Counted from the stretch's first letter, positions 48,005-57,464 are shown. The stretch: 64,000 nucleotides of DNA from Alphaproteobacteria bacterium (GCA_965205265.1 CBDBGH010000003.1:4000001-4064000), one strand, 5' to 3'. Made by a program: numbers and translations. The notes: generated by a model not told the origin, from the sequence alone.

Positions 48005-49284
48005 TCGGCGCGGGCGTCGTCGATGACTTCCAGGCGATCGAGATCGAAGCGCGGCGGGTTGCGTTGCAGATCATGGGGCAGGCCGTCGCCCACAGGCTCA
48101 ATGCCGACCGTTCCGACAACCGGGGACCGTGGCTGTCGTGTGCGTGCGGCGGCGAGGCGCGCTTCGCCGGCCGCCGGCCCAAGACCTTCACCACCGCTCT
48201 CGGCCCTCTGACGCTGGAGCGCGCCTGGTATCACTGCGACCGTTGCCACCGCGGCTTCAGCCCGCGTGATCGAACCCTCGGCATGCAAGATACTTTCCTC
48301 TCACCGGCGGCGCTGCGCATGATCGGCGTTGCTGCTGCCCGTACCAGCTTCGAGGGCTCCAGCGCCCTGTTGCGCGAACTGGCAGGCCTGGCTGTCGCGC
48401 CGAAGACGGTCGAACGCCATGCCGAGGCGCTCGGGCGAGAGATCGCAGGCGACGAATGCCGCGTGATCGAACCCGAGCCGTCCGACGCCCCCACCCTCTA
48501 TCTCGGCCTCGACGGCACCGGCGTGCCGGCGCGCAAGACCGAGGTCGAGGGCCGCGCGGGCAAGCAGCCCGACGGCTCCGCCAGCACCCGCGAGGCCAAG
48601 CTCGCCGTCGTGTGGTCGGCGGAGACCGTCGACAGGGAGGGGCGTCCGGTGCGCGACCCCGGCTCCGCCACCTACAACGCCGCCATCGAATCCATCGCCA
48701 CCCGCGAGTTCGACCCCGAGCCCGCGCCCTTCGCCCGGCGTGTCATCCGCGAGGCCGAACGCCGCGGCTTCGACACGGCCGAGCGCCGGGTCATCCTCGG
48801 CGACGGCGCGCCGTGGATCTGGAACTTCGCCGATGAGCACTTCCCCGACGCCATCCAGATCGTCGACATCTTCCATGCCAAGGGCCACCTGTTCGACGCA
48901 GCCAAGGCGATCTACGGGACCGGCAGCGAGATCGGTGAGCGATGGGCCGGGAAGCGGCGCGAGGAACTCGACGAGGGCCGCGTCGACGAGGTGATCGCCG
49001 CCCTCAAGGGCCATGCCGAAACTTGCGAGAACGCCCGCAAGAACGCCGAGTATTTCACCAACAACCGCGAGCGCATGAACTACCCGAAGTTCCGCGCGAT
49101 GGGCTTGTGCGTGGCCAGCGGCGTGGTCGAGGGCGGCTGCAAGAACATCGTCGGCGCCCGCCTCAAGCAGGGAGGCATGCGCTGGACCGTCAACGGCGCC
49201 AACGCCATCATCGCCCTGCGCTGCGCCGTCGAGAGCAATCGCTTCGACGACTTCTGGGAACGACGAGCCGGCGCAATACCATGA
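47941..49284 (+). CDS. ISKra4-family DDE transposase, probably expressed by -1 frameshift from ORF1
   Basis: LDGTGVP, LGDGAPWIW, VDIFHAKGHL, SGVVEGGCK, RLKQGGMRW. Confidence 0.88.
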   Translation, partial: GKKGGLDAAIAEEVEAEVEWLIGAGVVDDFQAIEIEARRVALQIMGQAVAHRLNADRSDNRGPWLSCACGGEARFAGRRPKTFTTALGPLTLERAWYHCDRCHRGFSPRDRTLGMQDTFLSPAALRMIGVAAARTSFEGSSALLRELAGLAVAPKTVERHAEALGREIAGDECRVIEPEPSDAPTLYLGLDGTGVPARKTEVEGRAGKQPDGSASTREAKLAVVWSAETVDREGRPVRDPGSATYNAAIESIATREFDPEPAPFARRVIREAERRGFDTAERRVILGDGAPWIWNFADEHFPDAIQIVDIFHAKGHLFDAAKAIYGTGSEIGERWAGKRREELDEGRVDEVIAALKGHAETCENARKNAEYFTNNRERMNYPKFRAMGLCVASGVVEGGCKNIVGARLKQGGMRWTVNGANAIIALRCAVESNRFDDFWERRAGAIP

Positions 49285-50138
49285 ATCTCACAAATGCGAC
49301 GTGCACCCCCCGCGCGGGGGGCGCGGATTGAAACGCCGATGACGATCACGGCGACATTGACGGCGGAAGGTCGCCCCCCGCGCGGGGGGCGCGGATTGAA
49401 ACGGGCGCGCCGCCCGGACAGCCGGTGCTGGCCATGTCGCCCCCCGCGCGGGGGGCGCGGATTGAAACCCCATGGCCAAGCGGCAGGAAACCCTCCTCAT
49501 GAGGTCGCCCCCCGCGCGGGGGGCGCGGATTGAAACATTTATACGCGCGATGGCGGGCGGTCGTGGAACCGGTCGCCCCCCGCGCGGGGGGCGCGGATTG
49601 AAACAGCCTCGATCAGCGCCGGGTGCTGGCGCAGGGGGTCGCCCCCCGCGCGGGGGGCGCGGATTGAAACATTGCCCAGCAGTGATCGGTGTGCGGAAAA
49701 CACCGGTCGCCCCCCGCGCGGGGGGCGCGGATTGAAACTGGTGCTGGAAACCGGCATCGATCCTGAGGCGCGTCGCCCCCCGCGCGGGGGGCGCGGATTG
49801 AAACGCTTTGCGTCCGGCGACGAATGCGGCGAATGGGAAAGTCGCCCCCCGCGCGGGGGGCGCGGATTGAAACGACACGACCATCTACGCCCGCCATCCG
49901 CTGTTTGGTCGCCCCCCGCGCGGGGGGCGCGGATTGAAACAGCCTCGATCAGCGCCGGGTGCTGGCGCAGGGGGTCGCCCCCCGCGCGGGGGGCGCGGAT
50001 TGAAACCTCCTTCCACGGGATATCCTCCCTGGAAGCTTTCGTCGCCCCCCGCGCGGGGGGCGCGGATTGAAACATGGGCCCCGGCGAGAAAATGGTGCTG
50101 CGGACTGGTCGCCCCCCGCGCGGGGGGCGCGGATTGAA

Positions 50139-51833
50139 CCTAAATCCGGCGGTTGGAGGGCGTGATCGCCCTCTCGGCGCGGTTGGAATGGTCGATTTCG
50201 GGTTCGATTTCAGCACGCTGGCGCGGCCCGAGGGGGCGGCAGCCAGGGCTGACGGCCCGGCTCGCGGCCGTGGAGGTATTTTTTGAGCGCTTCGGCGAGG
50301 ATCCGGCGCCAGCGATCCTCGGCGCTCAACTGCTCCGCACTTTGCCTCACGGTCCGGAAGAAGCCGGCGATCCGCCGCAGGGCAGCAGCCACCGCCTCGC
50401 GCCGCCCGTGGTGGGAGGTCACCGTCAGCCGGGGCTGGCCGGCGTGCCAGGTCTGGCGGGCGACGCCGTGCAGCAGCAGCGGCCGGCTGGTGATCGCCTC
50501 GCGGTGGCGCTCGGGACCGGCGAGGCGGACGAAGAGGCTCCACCAGTCGTAGATGAGCGCGATCAGCCGGGCCATGTGGCGGCAGCGCGTCAGGTCGTGC
50601 GTGGTGAAGCCTCCCCAGCCCCACTGGTTCTTCAACTCGTCGAAGCCGTTCTCCGCGTCGGCCCGGTCGCGGTAGAGCTGGGCCACAGAGCGCACCTCCA
50701 GATCGAGCGAGGTGGCCAGCACCGCGAACTCCCATACCCCGGTGCCGGGCTGCGCCTCGGTCCAGAACAGCTCGCCCTGGGCGGTGTCGCCGCGCGTCAG
50801 CGCCAGTGTCGCCGGAAGCCGGCGGCGCAGAACCACGGCCCGGCGCAACCGGCTCCAGCCCTGCAAGCGCAGATCGGCCCCGATCCCCTGCCAGCCCTGG
50901 CCCGCATCCTCCCAGCCGTCCCGCGCCATCTGCCGCTCGGCAAGCCGGCGCGCGCCCCTGGTCAGGCGCAGCTTGAACAGATAGTCCAGACCCGCCGCCT
51001 CGCACGACGCCATGTTGCCCTCGCTGCCCCAGTCCTTGTCCCCCCGCACCAGGCGCGGCCAGCGGTCCCGGCCGAGACGGTCCAGCAAAGCCCACAAGGA
51101 CGGCGCCGCCCGGTTCGAGCGGTGATGATTGCCCGGCGCAACCTCGACATCCAGAACCAGCCGCGTGCCCGCCATCAGGAACGCATGGCAGGCGTGCGAG
51201 GGACGGCCCGGCTTCTTCGGGTTGTAGCTCACCACCGCCCCCTCCTGGCGGCCGTAGAGCGGCTTGATCGTCGTGTCGCAGTCCAGAACCCAAGGCTCGC
51301 TCAGCAGCGGGCGGACCGTGTCGTCGAGATGGCCCTGAAGCCACGTTGTGCCCTCATCCGCCCCGGTCCGCTCCAGACCGCGCCGGACCGAATCCTCGCT
51401 CGCGACCTTGCCCATCCCCAACAGCGCCGGGTTCACCCCGTCCCCGCGCAGCGCCGTGATGTGCGCATGGCGAGACTGGCCCGCCAGAACCGAAAGCAGC
51501 ACCGTCCCCAGAACGTCCCGCTTCGAAGGCGCGTTCGGGCTCGTGTAGACGAGCGGGCAGTCCGCCACCAGCGCCTCGAAGCGACCGCTCACCTTCAGAT
51601 ATTCCGCGAAGAACGCCAGATGGCCAAGCGGCGTCACCGCCGCATCCGGGTCCCATTCGACGTGAACCGTGCCGCCGAAGGTGTCCACCTTCACAGCCTC
51701 GCAGGCGAGGTCCCGCACAGCGCCAGAACCCTCACCCGCAGGGTGACCCTCTCGGCCCCATCCAAATCCGCTCATACCCGCAGTCTACAAGGGCCACGGC
51801 GAATCCAGACCCCGATCAACTGCCGGATTTAGG
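50139..51833 (-). mobile_element. IS1380-family insertion sequence (1695 bp)
   Basis: 17-bp IRs CCTAAATCCGGCGGTTG (50139-55) and CCTAAATCCGGCAGTTG (reverse complement, 51817-33), 1 mismatch. Confidence 0.92.
50210..51775 (-). CDS. IS1380-family DDE transposase
   Basis: LDCDTTIKPLYGRQEGA, VRGDKDWG, YRDRADAENGFDELK. Confidence 0.9.
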   Translation of the reverse strand: MSGFGWGREGHPAGEGSGAVRDLACEAVKVDTFGGTVHVEWDPDAAVTPLGHLAFFAEYLKVSGRFEALVADCPLVYTSPNAPSKRDVLGTVLLSVLAGQSRHAHITALRGDGVNPALLGMGKVASEDSVRRGLERTGADEGTTWLQGHLDDTVRPLLSEPWVLDCDTTIKPLYGRQEGAVVSYNPKKPGRPSHACHAFLMAGTRLVLDVEVAPGNHHRSNRAAPSLWALLDRLGRDRWPRLVRGDKDWGSEGNMASCEAAGLDYLFKLRLTRGARRLAERQMARDGWEDAGQGWQGIGADLRLQGWSRLRRAVVLRRRLPATLALTRGDTAQGELFWTEAQPGTGVWEFAVLATSLDLEVRSVAQLYRDRADAENGFDELKNQWGWGGFTTHDLTRCRHMARLIALIYDWWSLFVRLAGPERHREAITSRPLLLHGVARQTWHAGQPRLTVTSHHGRREAVAAALRRIAGFFRTVRQSAEQLSAEDRWRRILAEALKKYLHGREPGRQPWLPPPRAAPAC

Positions 51834-51838
51834 ATTAC

Positions 51839-51985
51839 ATCTCGCGCATCGCGCCGACGGCGCTCATATTCAGCCCCTGCATCGGCGGCATCACCCACAA
51901 CGAGGCCGAAGACATCCCCTGGGAGCCGACCGTCGAGGCGGTCAATGTGCTGCTCGACGCCGTGCTTGCCCGCGCGGACCGGTAG
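51839..51985 (+). pseudogene. Carbamoylase 3' part (48 codons plus stop)
   Basis: ISRIAPTALIFSPCIGGITHNEAEDIPW...ARADR*, the conserved C-terminus continuing AGHDAYY. Confidence 0.92.
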
Positions 51986-51996
51986 GGCGCCCGGGC

Positions 51997-52401
51997 CTAC
52001 AGGTAGTTCGAGACCTCGACGAGATTGCCGTCCGGGTCGCGGAAATAGACCGAGCGGATGGGGCCGAGCGCGCCGCTGCGCTCCGAGGGCGGGGTTTCGA
52101 TTTCGACGCCGCAGGCTTCCAGATGCGCGATGACCTCCTCCAGCGGCGTTTCCGCGATGAGGCAGAAATCCTCGCCGCCGCAGCGCGGATCGCGGGCGCG
52201 GTACCAGTCCGTATTGTCGGGATGCAGGTTGATCTTCTGCCGGCCGAAGCGGAGCGCCTTGCGCACGATGCCGTCTTGGCCGATGCCGTCCCGTCCGAAG
52301 CTGACGACCTCCATGCCGAGCGCCTTCGCGTAGAAGTCGCATGTGGCCTCGACATCCTTCACCCGCATCACGAAATGGTCCAGCCGCTCTATCCGTATCA
52401 T
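51997..52401 (-). CDS. VOC/glyoxalase family protein
   Basis: RLDHFV, QKINLH, SVYFRDPDGNLVE. Confidence 0.92.
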   Translation of the reverse strand: MIRIERLDHFVMRVKDVEATCDFYAKALGMEVVSFGRDGIGQDGIVRKALRFGRQKINLHPDNTDWYRARDPRCGGEDFCLIAETPLEEVIAHLEACGVEIETPPSERSGALGPIRSVYFRDPDGNLVEVSNYL

Positions 52402-52414
52402 CGCCGCCTCCGCT

Positions 52415-54049
52415 CTACTCCGGATTGCTTTCGAACCCGTCCAGCCGGTCGCGCTCGGCCAGTTCGGCGTTGCGCTCGGCGACCGGGCCGTAACCGCCCC
52501 CGCCGCCGGTGCGGACGATGAGCCGGTCGCCGCGGCTGAGCGGGAATTGCTGCTTCGAGCGGAGCGGAATCCGCTGTCCGCCGCGCTCGACGAGGGTTTC
52601 CGCCTTCGCGCCGGGGCCGCCGCCGAACAGGCCTTGCGCGGCGAAGCGGAACCGGTCTCCGTAAGTCGCGAAGGTCACGCCGTCGTCGAGAATCCGGTAG
52701 ATGCGCTGGAAGCCCATGCCGCCGCGCTGGCGCCCGCCGCCGCCCGAGGCAGCGCGCAGGCTGTAATCCTCGACCCGGAAGAACGGATAGTCGCTCTCCA
52801 TCGCCTCGATCGGGATATTCGAGCAGTTGGACAGCATCGAGTCCACCGCGTCGCAGCCGTCATTGCCGGGGCCCGCCCCGTAGCCGCCGCCGAAGATTTC
52901 CAGATAGATGTTGTAGCCGCGATCATGCTTGTGGCTGATGCAGCTCACCGTGGTCGTGTCGAAGCCGGGCGCGATCACCCTCTCCGGCACCGCGCCGGCA
53001 AGCGCATTCATCACCGCATTCACCACCCGGTAGCTCGGCAGCAGGCGGGCCCGCACCGGCGCGGGCGGGCGCGGATTGACGAGGCAGCCATAGGGCGCGG
53101 TCACCGAAATCGCGCGTTCCGCGCCCTCGTTGAACGGGATGTCGGGGTCCGTCAGCACCGCCTTGATGCAGGCGATGGCCGAGGAGACGGTGGAGGCGAA
53201 GGGGCTGTTCATGTTGGTGGCGACCTGCGGGGCGGTGCCCTCGAAATCCACCGCGATCGAATCCCCTTCGATGGTGAGCAGGGCCCGGACCGGCACGGGG
53301 TCCTCGCCCCGGCCGTCATCGTCGAGCCACGCCTCGCCCCGGTAGCTGCCGTCGGGCGCGGCCGCAATCGCGGCCCGGATGCGCCGCTCGGAATAGTCGA
53401 GCATTTCGTCCATGGCCGCGAACACCGTGTCCCGCCCGAATTTGCGGCAGAGGCCCTTCAGCCGTTCGCCGCCCACGGCATTGGCGGCGAATTGCGCGTT
53501 GATGTCGCCGATGGTGGCCTCCGGCATGCGCACATTGGCGCGCACCAGCCGCTCGAACGGGCCACCGTTCCAGTCCCGCTTGACCGACCAGCGGCTCGGC
53601 GGGAAGGTGATGCCCTCCTCGTGCACGTCGCCGGCATCCGGATTGAGGCCGGGCGCGCCGCCGCCGAGGTCTATGTGGTGGACCACCGTGGCCGTCACCC
53701 CGACCAGCGCGCCCTCCAGGAAGATCGGCGAGAACAGGAAGATGTCCGGCAGGTGCTGGCCGCCGGCATAGGGGTCGTTGTTGACGAGGAAATCCCCCTC
53801 CCGGAGCGTTTCCAGCGGGTGGTGCTCCAGGCAGGCGCGGAAGGTGTGCGTGACGGAGCCGAGCTGGATGGGGATGAGGTCGGCCTGGGCCACGACCCGC
53901 CCCTTGCGGTCGAGAATGGCGGCCGAGCAGTCCTGGGCCTCGCGCACCACCGGGGAATGGGCCGAGCGGATGAGCTTGATCCCCATCTCGTCGGCGGCCG
54001 CGACCAGCGCCTGGGTGATGACGGCCTGATCGACCGGCGAAACCTTCAT
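52415..54049 (-). CDS. Hydantoinase B/oxoprolinase family protein
   Basis: RSAHSPVVRE, NDPYAGGQHLPD, HHIDLGG, GGGGGYG. Confidence 0.92.
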   Translation of the reverse strand: MKVSPVDQAVITQALVAAADEMGIKLIRSAHSPVVREAQDCSAAILDRKGRVVAQADLIPIQLGSVTHTFRACLEHHPLETLREGDFLVNNDPYAGGQHLPDIFLFSPIFLEGALVGVTATVVHHIDLGGGAPGLNPDAGDVHEEGITFPPSRWSVKRDWNGGPFERLVRANVRMPEATIGDINAQFAANAVGGERLKGLCRKFGRDTVFAAMDEMLDYSERRIRAAIAAAPDGSYRGEAWLDDDGRGEDPVPVRALLTIEGDSIAVDFEGTAPQVATNMNSPFASTVSSAIACIKAVLTDPDIPFNEGAERAISVTAPYGCLVNPRPPAPVRARLLPSYRVVNAVMNALAGAVPERVIAPGFDTTTVSCISHKHDRGYNIYLEIFGGGYGAGPGNDGCDAVDSMLSNCSNIPIEAMESDYPFFRVEDYSLRAASGGGGRQRGGMGFQRIYRILDDGVTFATYGDRFRFAAQGLFGGGPGAKAETLVERGGQRIPLRSKQQFPLSRGDRLIVRTGGGGGYGPVAERNAELAERDRLDGFESNPE

Positions 54050-56067
54050 GGGCCTGCCCCTTTCCTCAGGATGGCATTGCCGTGCCCGTCCGCGGCGGCC
54101 GTCCAGCCCGGCGGCGCGTAGATCGTCGCGCTGCCGTCGTCGATCAGCAGCGGCCCCGTCATGGCGTCCGGGCCGAGTTCGGAGCGGGTGAGCAGCCCGG
54201 CCTCGAGCGCCGCGCCGCGTTCGGTCAGCGCGGCCGTGCGGAGCGCGGCGCGGCCGTTCGCCGGCGCCCGGCCCATCGCCGGCATGGGCGGCGGCGGCGC
54301 CCGCACGCCCACCCGGAAGGACACCACCTCGACCGGGTCCCCATGCGGCTTCGCGAACTCGAACACGCGCCTGTGCGCTTCGGCGAACGACGCGGCGAGC
54401 TCCTCGGCCAGCAAACAGCCGAGGTCCATGCCGGAGAGTGAAACCGGGACTTCGAAGGCCTGACCCAGATAGCGCATCTCCAGCACCCGGTCGAAATCCG
54501 CCGCCGCCTCGATCCCCAATCCGGCCAGATAGTCCCGCGCTTCCGCCTGCAGAGCCTCCACGGTCTCGCGGATGGCGCCCATATTGGCCTCCGAGACCGC
54601 GAGCCGCCGGGTCCGGGTGCGGTAATGCACATGGTCCGAGAGCAGCAGGCCGGAGGCGGAGAGCACGCCGGCATGGGGCGGCACGACGACGGTGCCGATG
54701 GCGAGGTCTTCGGCCACTCTTGCCGCATGCAGCGGCCCCGCGCCGCCATAGGGCACCAGCACATAGTCGCGCGGGTCGCGCCCGCGTTCGGTGGAGACCC
54801 GCTGGATGGCGCGCACGATACTCACTTCCGCGAGCCGGACCACGCTGTCGGCGACCTCCTCGACCGCGAGGCCGAACCGGGCGGCCAGCGGCTCCAGCGC
54901 CCGGCGGGCCGCCTCCGGGTCCACCGCCATGCGCCCGCCGAGAAAGGCGTCCGCCCGGAGCGTGCCGCGCACGAGATGGGCGTCCGTCACCGTCGGCCGG
55001 TCGCCGCCGCGCCCGTAGCAGGCCGGCCCCGGCGCCGCCCCGGCGGAGTGCGGGCCGACGCGCAGCAGGCCGCCGTCATCGACCCAGGCGATGGAGCCGC
55101 CGCCGGCCCCGACCGTCACGATGTCGATCACCGGCGTCTTCACCGGCAGGCCGTCGATCCGGGTCATGGAGGCAAGCTCGGGCCGGCCGTCGGCGATCAG
55201 CGCCACATCGGTGCTGGTGCCGCCCATGTCGAGCGTAATCAGGTCGCGGAAGCCTGCGCCGGCCACGCTGCGCACTGCGCCGACCGCGCCTGCCGCAGGA
55301 CCGGAGAACAGCGCGGAGATGGCGTTGCGCTCCATGGCCTCGGCCGGCATCCGCCCGCCATTGGACTGCATGATCGAAAACCGCCCGGCGAAGCCCCGCC
55401 CGGCGAGCGCGGCCGAGAACCGGCTGACATATCCCGCCATGACCGGCTGCACATAGGCAGCCAGCGCTGCCGTCGAGGCGCGCTCATATTCCCGGAATTC
55501 CCGCGTGACATCGCTCGAGCAGGTGACCGGCAGCGCCGGCGCCGCCTCGCGGACGATCGCCGCGACCGCCCGTTCGTGGTCCGGATTGGCGTAGGCATGC
55601 AGGAAGCAGACCGCCGCCGCTTCGTATCCGCCCCCCGCCAGCGCCTGCCGGACGAGGCGGGCCGTGGCGGCGCGGTCCGGCGCCTTGAGCACCTTGCCGT
55701 CGGCTGCAATGCGCTCGTCGATCTCGAACACGTCGCGCCGCGCCACGACAGGCTCGGGCTTGCGGTAGCGCAGGTCGTAGATCGCGTCCTTGTCGTGGCG
55801 CTGGAGCAGCAGCAGGTCGCGGGTTCCCCTGGTCACGAACAGGCAGACCGCGGCGCCCTTGCGTTCGAGCACGGCATTGGTCGCCACGGTCGAGCCGTGA
55901 ACGAGCTCTTCGATGTCCGCCGGGTCGAGGCCGGCCGCGTCGAGCGCGTGCATGGCGCCGAGATCGGGGCTGGCCGGCGTGCTCGGCACCTTCGCCGTCA
56001 GCACGGTCCCGCCCCCGACCGCCACCAGGTCGGTGAAGGTTCCGCCTGTTTCAATGCCGACGCGCAT
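54046..56067 (-). CDS. Hydantoinase A/oxoprolinase family protein
   Basis: GGTFTD, HGSTVATNA, DMGGTSTD, PGPACYGRGG. Confidence 0.92.
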   Translation of the reverse strand: MRVGIETGGTFTDLVAVGGGTVLTAKVPSTPASPDLGAMHALDAAGLDPADIEELVHGSTVATNAVLERKGAAVCLFVTRGTRDLLLLQRHDKDAIYDLRYRKPEPVVARRDVFEIDERIAADGKVLKAPDRAATARLVRQALAGGGYEAAAVCFLHAYANPDHERAVAAIVREAAPALPVTCSSDVTREFREYERASTAALAAYVQPVMAGYVSRFSAALAGRGFAGRFSIMQSNGGRMPAEAMERNAISALFSGPAAGAVGAVRSVAGAGFRDLITLDMGGTSTDVALIADGRPELASMTRIDGLPVKTPVIDIVTVGAGGGSIAWVDDGGLLRVGPHSAGAAPGPACYGRGGDRPTVTDAHLVRGTLRADAFLGGRMAVDPEAARRALEPLAARFGLAVEEVADSVVRLAEVSIVRAIQRVSTERGRDPRDYVLVPYGGAGPLHAARVAEDLAIGTVVVPPHAGVLSASGLLLSDHVHYRTRTRRLAVSEANMGAIRETVEALQAEARDYLAGLGIEAAADFDRVLEMRYLGQAFEVPVSLSGMDLGCLLAEELAASFAEAHRRVFEFAKPHGDPVEVVSFRVGVRAPPPPMPAMGRAPANGRAALRTAALTERGAALEAGLLTRSELGPDAMTGPLLIDDGSATIYAPPGWTAAADGHGNAILRKGAGP

Positions 56068-56141
56068 GCCCGCTCCCGGTTTTCGCCGTCCCCTCTGACG
56101 GGCTAGAGTGCATCCGCGCACGCGGGAAGGGAAGGCAGGGA

Positions 56142-57002
56142 GTGAAGGCGCCGCGCTTCTGCTATGTCCGGCCGGACAGCCTCGACGGCGTCCTGCAGCT
56201 TCTTGCGGAGCATGGGGACGAGGCCCGCATCCTCGCCGGCGGCCAGAGCCTGGTGCCGGCGCTGAACATGCGGCTCTCCGAGCCCGGCCTCCTGATCGAC
56301 ATCAACCGCATCGACGCGCTGAAGGGCATCTCGCTGGAGGACGGGACGGTGAGGATCGGCGCGCTGGCCCGCCATGCCGAGGTGCTGGCGTCGCCGCTTG
56401 TAGCCCGGCATCTGCCGCTGATTGCGAACGCCATGCCCCATGTCGCCCATGCCGCGGTCCGCAACCGCGGCACCTTCGGCGGCAGCATCGCGCTCGCCGA
56501 CCCCGCCGCCGAACTGCCGGCCTGCGCGGTGGCGCTCGACGCCGCTTTCGTGCTGGCGAGCCGGCGCGGGCGGCGGACGGTCCCCGCGCGGTCCTTCTTC
56601 CACGGGCTCTACGAGACCGCGCTCGCCGAGGACGAGCTTCTGGTGGAGGCCCGCATCCCGGTCCTCGCCCCCGGCTACCGGTCGTCGTTTCTGGAATTCG
56701 CCCGGCGCCACGGCGACTTTGCGCTCGCCGGCGTCTGCTGCCACGCCCGTGTCGAAGGCGGCGTGCTGAGCGATGTCAGCCTGGCCTGTTTCGGCGGCGA
56801 GGACCGGCCCCGGCTCGCCGCCGCCGCCTCGGCCGCCGCGGAAGGCAAGGCATGGTCGGAGGAGGTGAAGGACGCGGTGAAAGACGCGCTCGGCGGCGAG
56901 CTCGACCCCGCAGGCAGCTTCCATGCCTCGGCTGAAACCCGTGTACATCTGGCGCAGGTGCTGGCGGCGCGCGCGATGGACCGCATGGTCGCGGCAGGCT
57001 GA
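56142..57002 (+). CDS. CoxM/xanthine dehydrogenase-family FAD-binding subunit
   Basis: ILAGGQSL, RNRGTFGGS, ARRHGDFA. Confidence 0.92.
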   Translation: MKAPRFCYVRPDSLDGVLQLLAEHGDEARILAGGQSLVPALNMRLSEPGLLIDINRIDALKGISLEDGTVRIGALARHAEVLASPLVARHLPLIANAMPHVAHAAVRNRGTFGGSIALADPAAELPACAVALDAAFVLASRRGRRTVPARSFFHGLYETALAEDELLVEARIPVLAPGYRSSFLEFARRHGDFALAGVCCHARVEGGVLSDVSLACFGGEDRPRLAAAASAAAEGKAWSEEVKDAVKDALGGELDPAGSFHASAETRVHLAQVLAARAMDRMVAAG

Positions 57003-57055
57003 GAGGGCGTTCGATACTGGCGGTCGTCGGTCGGAACCGATAGCGACGGGGGCCC

Positions 57056-57439
57056 CTATTGTCGCCCCGGCCCTTCGCTCGTCGAGCCGCCGGAACCGCC
57101 GCCTCCGCCGTCGTTTTCCAGAAAAGCGAGTCGGTCCACCAAAAGCGGCAAATCGTTCTGGACGGTATCCCAAAGAATATCCAGGTCGATATTGAAGTAT
57201 CCATGGACCAACCGATGCCGCATGCCGGTAATGGCCTCGAAGTCCACAGGCAATTGCGCTTGTCGTCTCCTGCTTACGTTGTAGGCGGCCTCGCCGATAA
57301 TTTCGACGAGCTTCACCAGCGCCAGCTCCAGCTGACGATTCTCTTCGAGAGTCCGGCGCTCGACGCCCCGGCACATTTCCATGGCCTCAAGCGCGGCATC
57401 GCGCATATGCCTCAGTCTTGTCTCATCGTCGATATGCAA
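57056..57439 (-). CDS. HepT-like HEPN RNase toxin (DUF86)
   Basis: EIIGEAA, RHRLVHGY (RX4HXY motif). Confidence 0.88.
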   Translation of the reverse strand: MHIDDETRLRHMRDAALEAMEMCRGVERRTLEENRQLELALVKLVEIIGEAAYNVSRRRQAQLPVDFEAITGMRHRLVHGYFNIDLDILWDTVQNDLPLLVDRLAFLENDGGGGGSGGSTSEGPGRQ

Positions 57440-57464
57440 GAGCGAACAGGCCCCGTGTCCGCCG

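Larger units (their letters stand above)
47495..49308 (+). mobile_element. ISKra4-family IS (1814 bp) inserted in CRISPR repeat 8
   Basis: Terminal IRs GGGTGCACGTC / GACGTGCACCC; 9-bp TSD CCCGCGCGG (47486-94, 49309-17) if the ends are GGG. Confidence 0.87.
47013..50138 (+). CRISPR. Type I-C CRISPR array, 20 repeats and 19 spacers (33-36 nt); repeat 8 split by ISKra4, repeat 20 truncated by IS1380
   Basis: 33-bp repeat GTCGCCCCCCGCGCGGGGGGCGCGGATTGAAAC; all uninterrupted copies appear identical. Confidence 0.98.
40895..51833 (-). mobile_element. IS1380-mediated transposition unit carrying a type I-C CRISPR-Cas locus
   Basis: 5-bp direct repeat ATTAC at 40890-94 and 51834-38; right end is the IS1380 IRL; left end CCGAAATACGACAG resembles the IR CCTAAATCCGGCAG (11/14); removing the unit restores the carbamoylase frame. 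Confidence 0.88.

Noticed and set aside
50007-50040. Self-targeting by spacer 18 (13-nt match TCCTTCCACGGGA at 12994-13006)
   Set aside because: Only 13 of 34 nt match and the rest does not align; compatible with chance.
46908-50137. Repetitive ORFs over the array (FQSAPPARGAT, SIRAPRAGGD)
   Set aside because: These are translations of the CRISPR repeats.
40895-51833. CRISPR-associated transposon (CAST) with RNA-guided targeting
   Set aside because: No tnsABC or tniQ, cas5 and most of cas8 are missing, and I saw no spacer matching the insertion flanks. The ends are explained by IS1380 capture.
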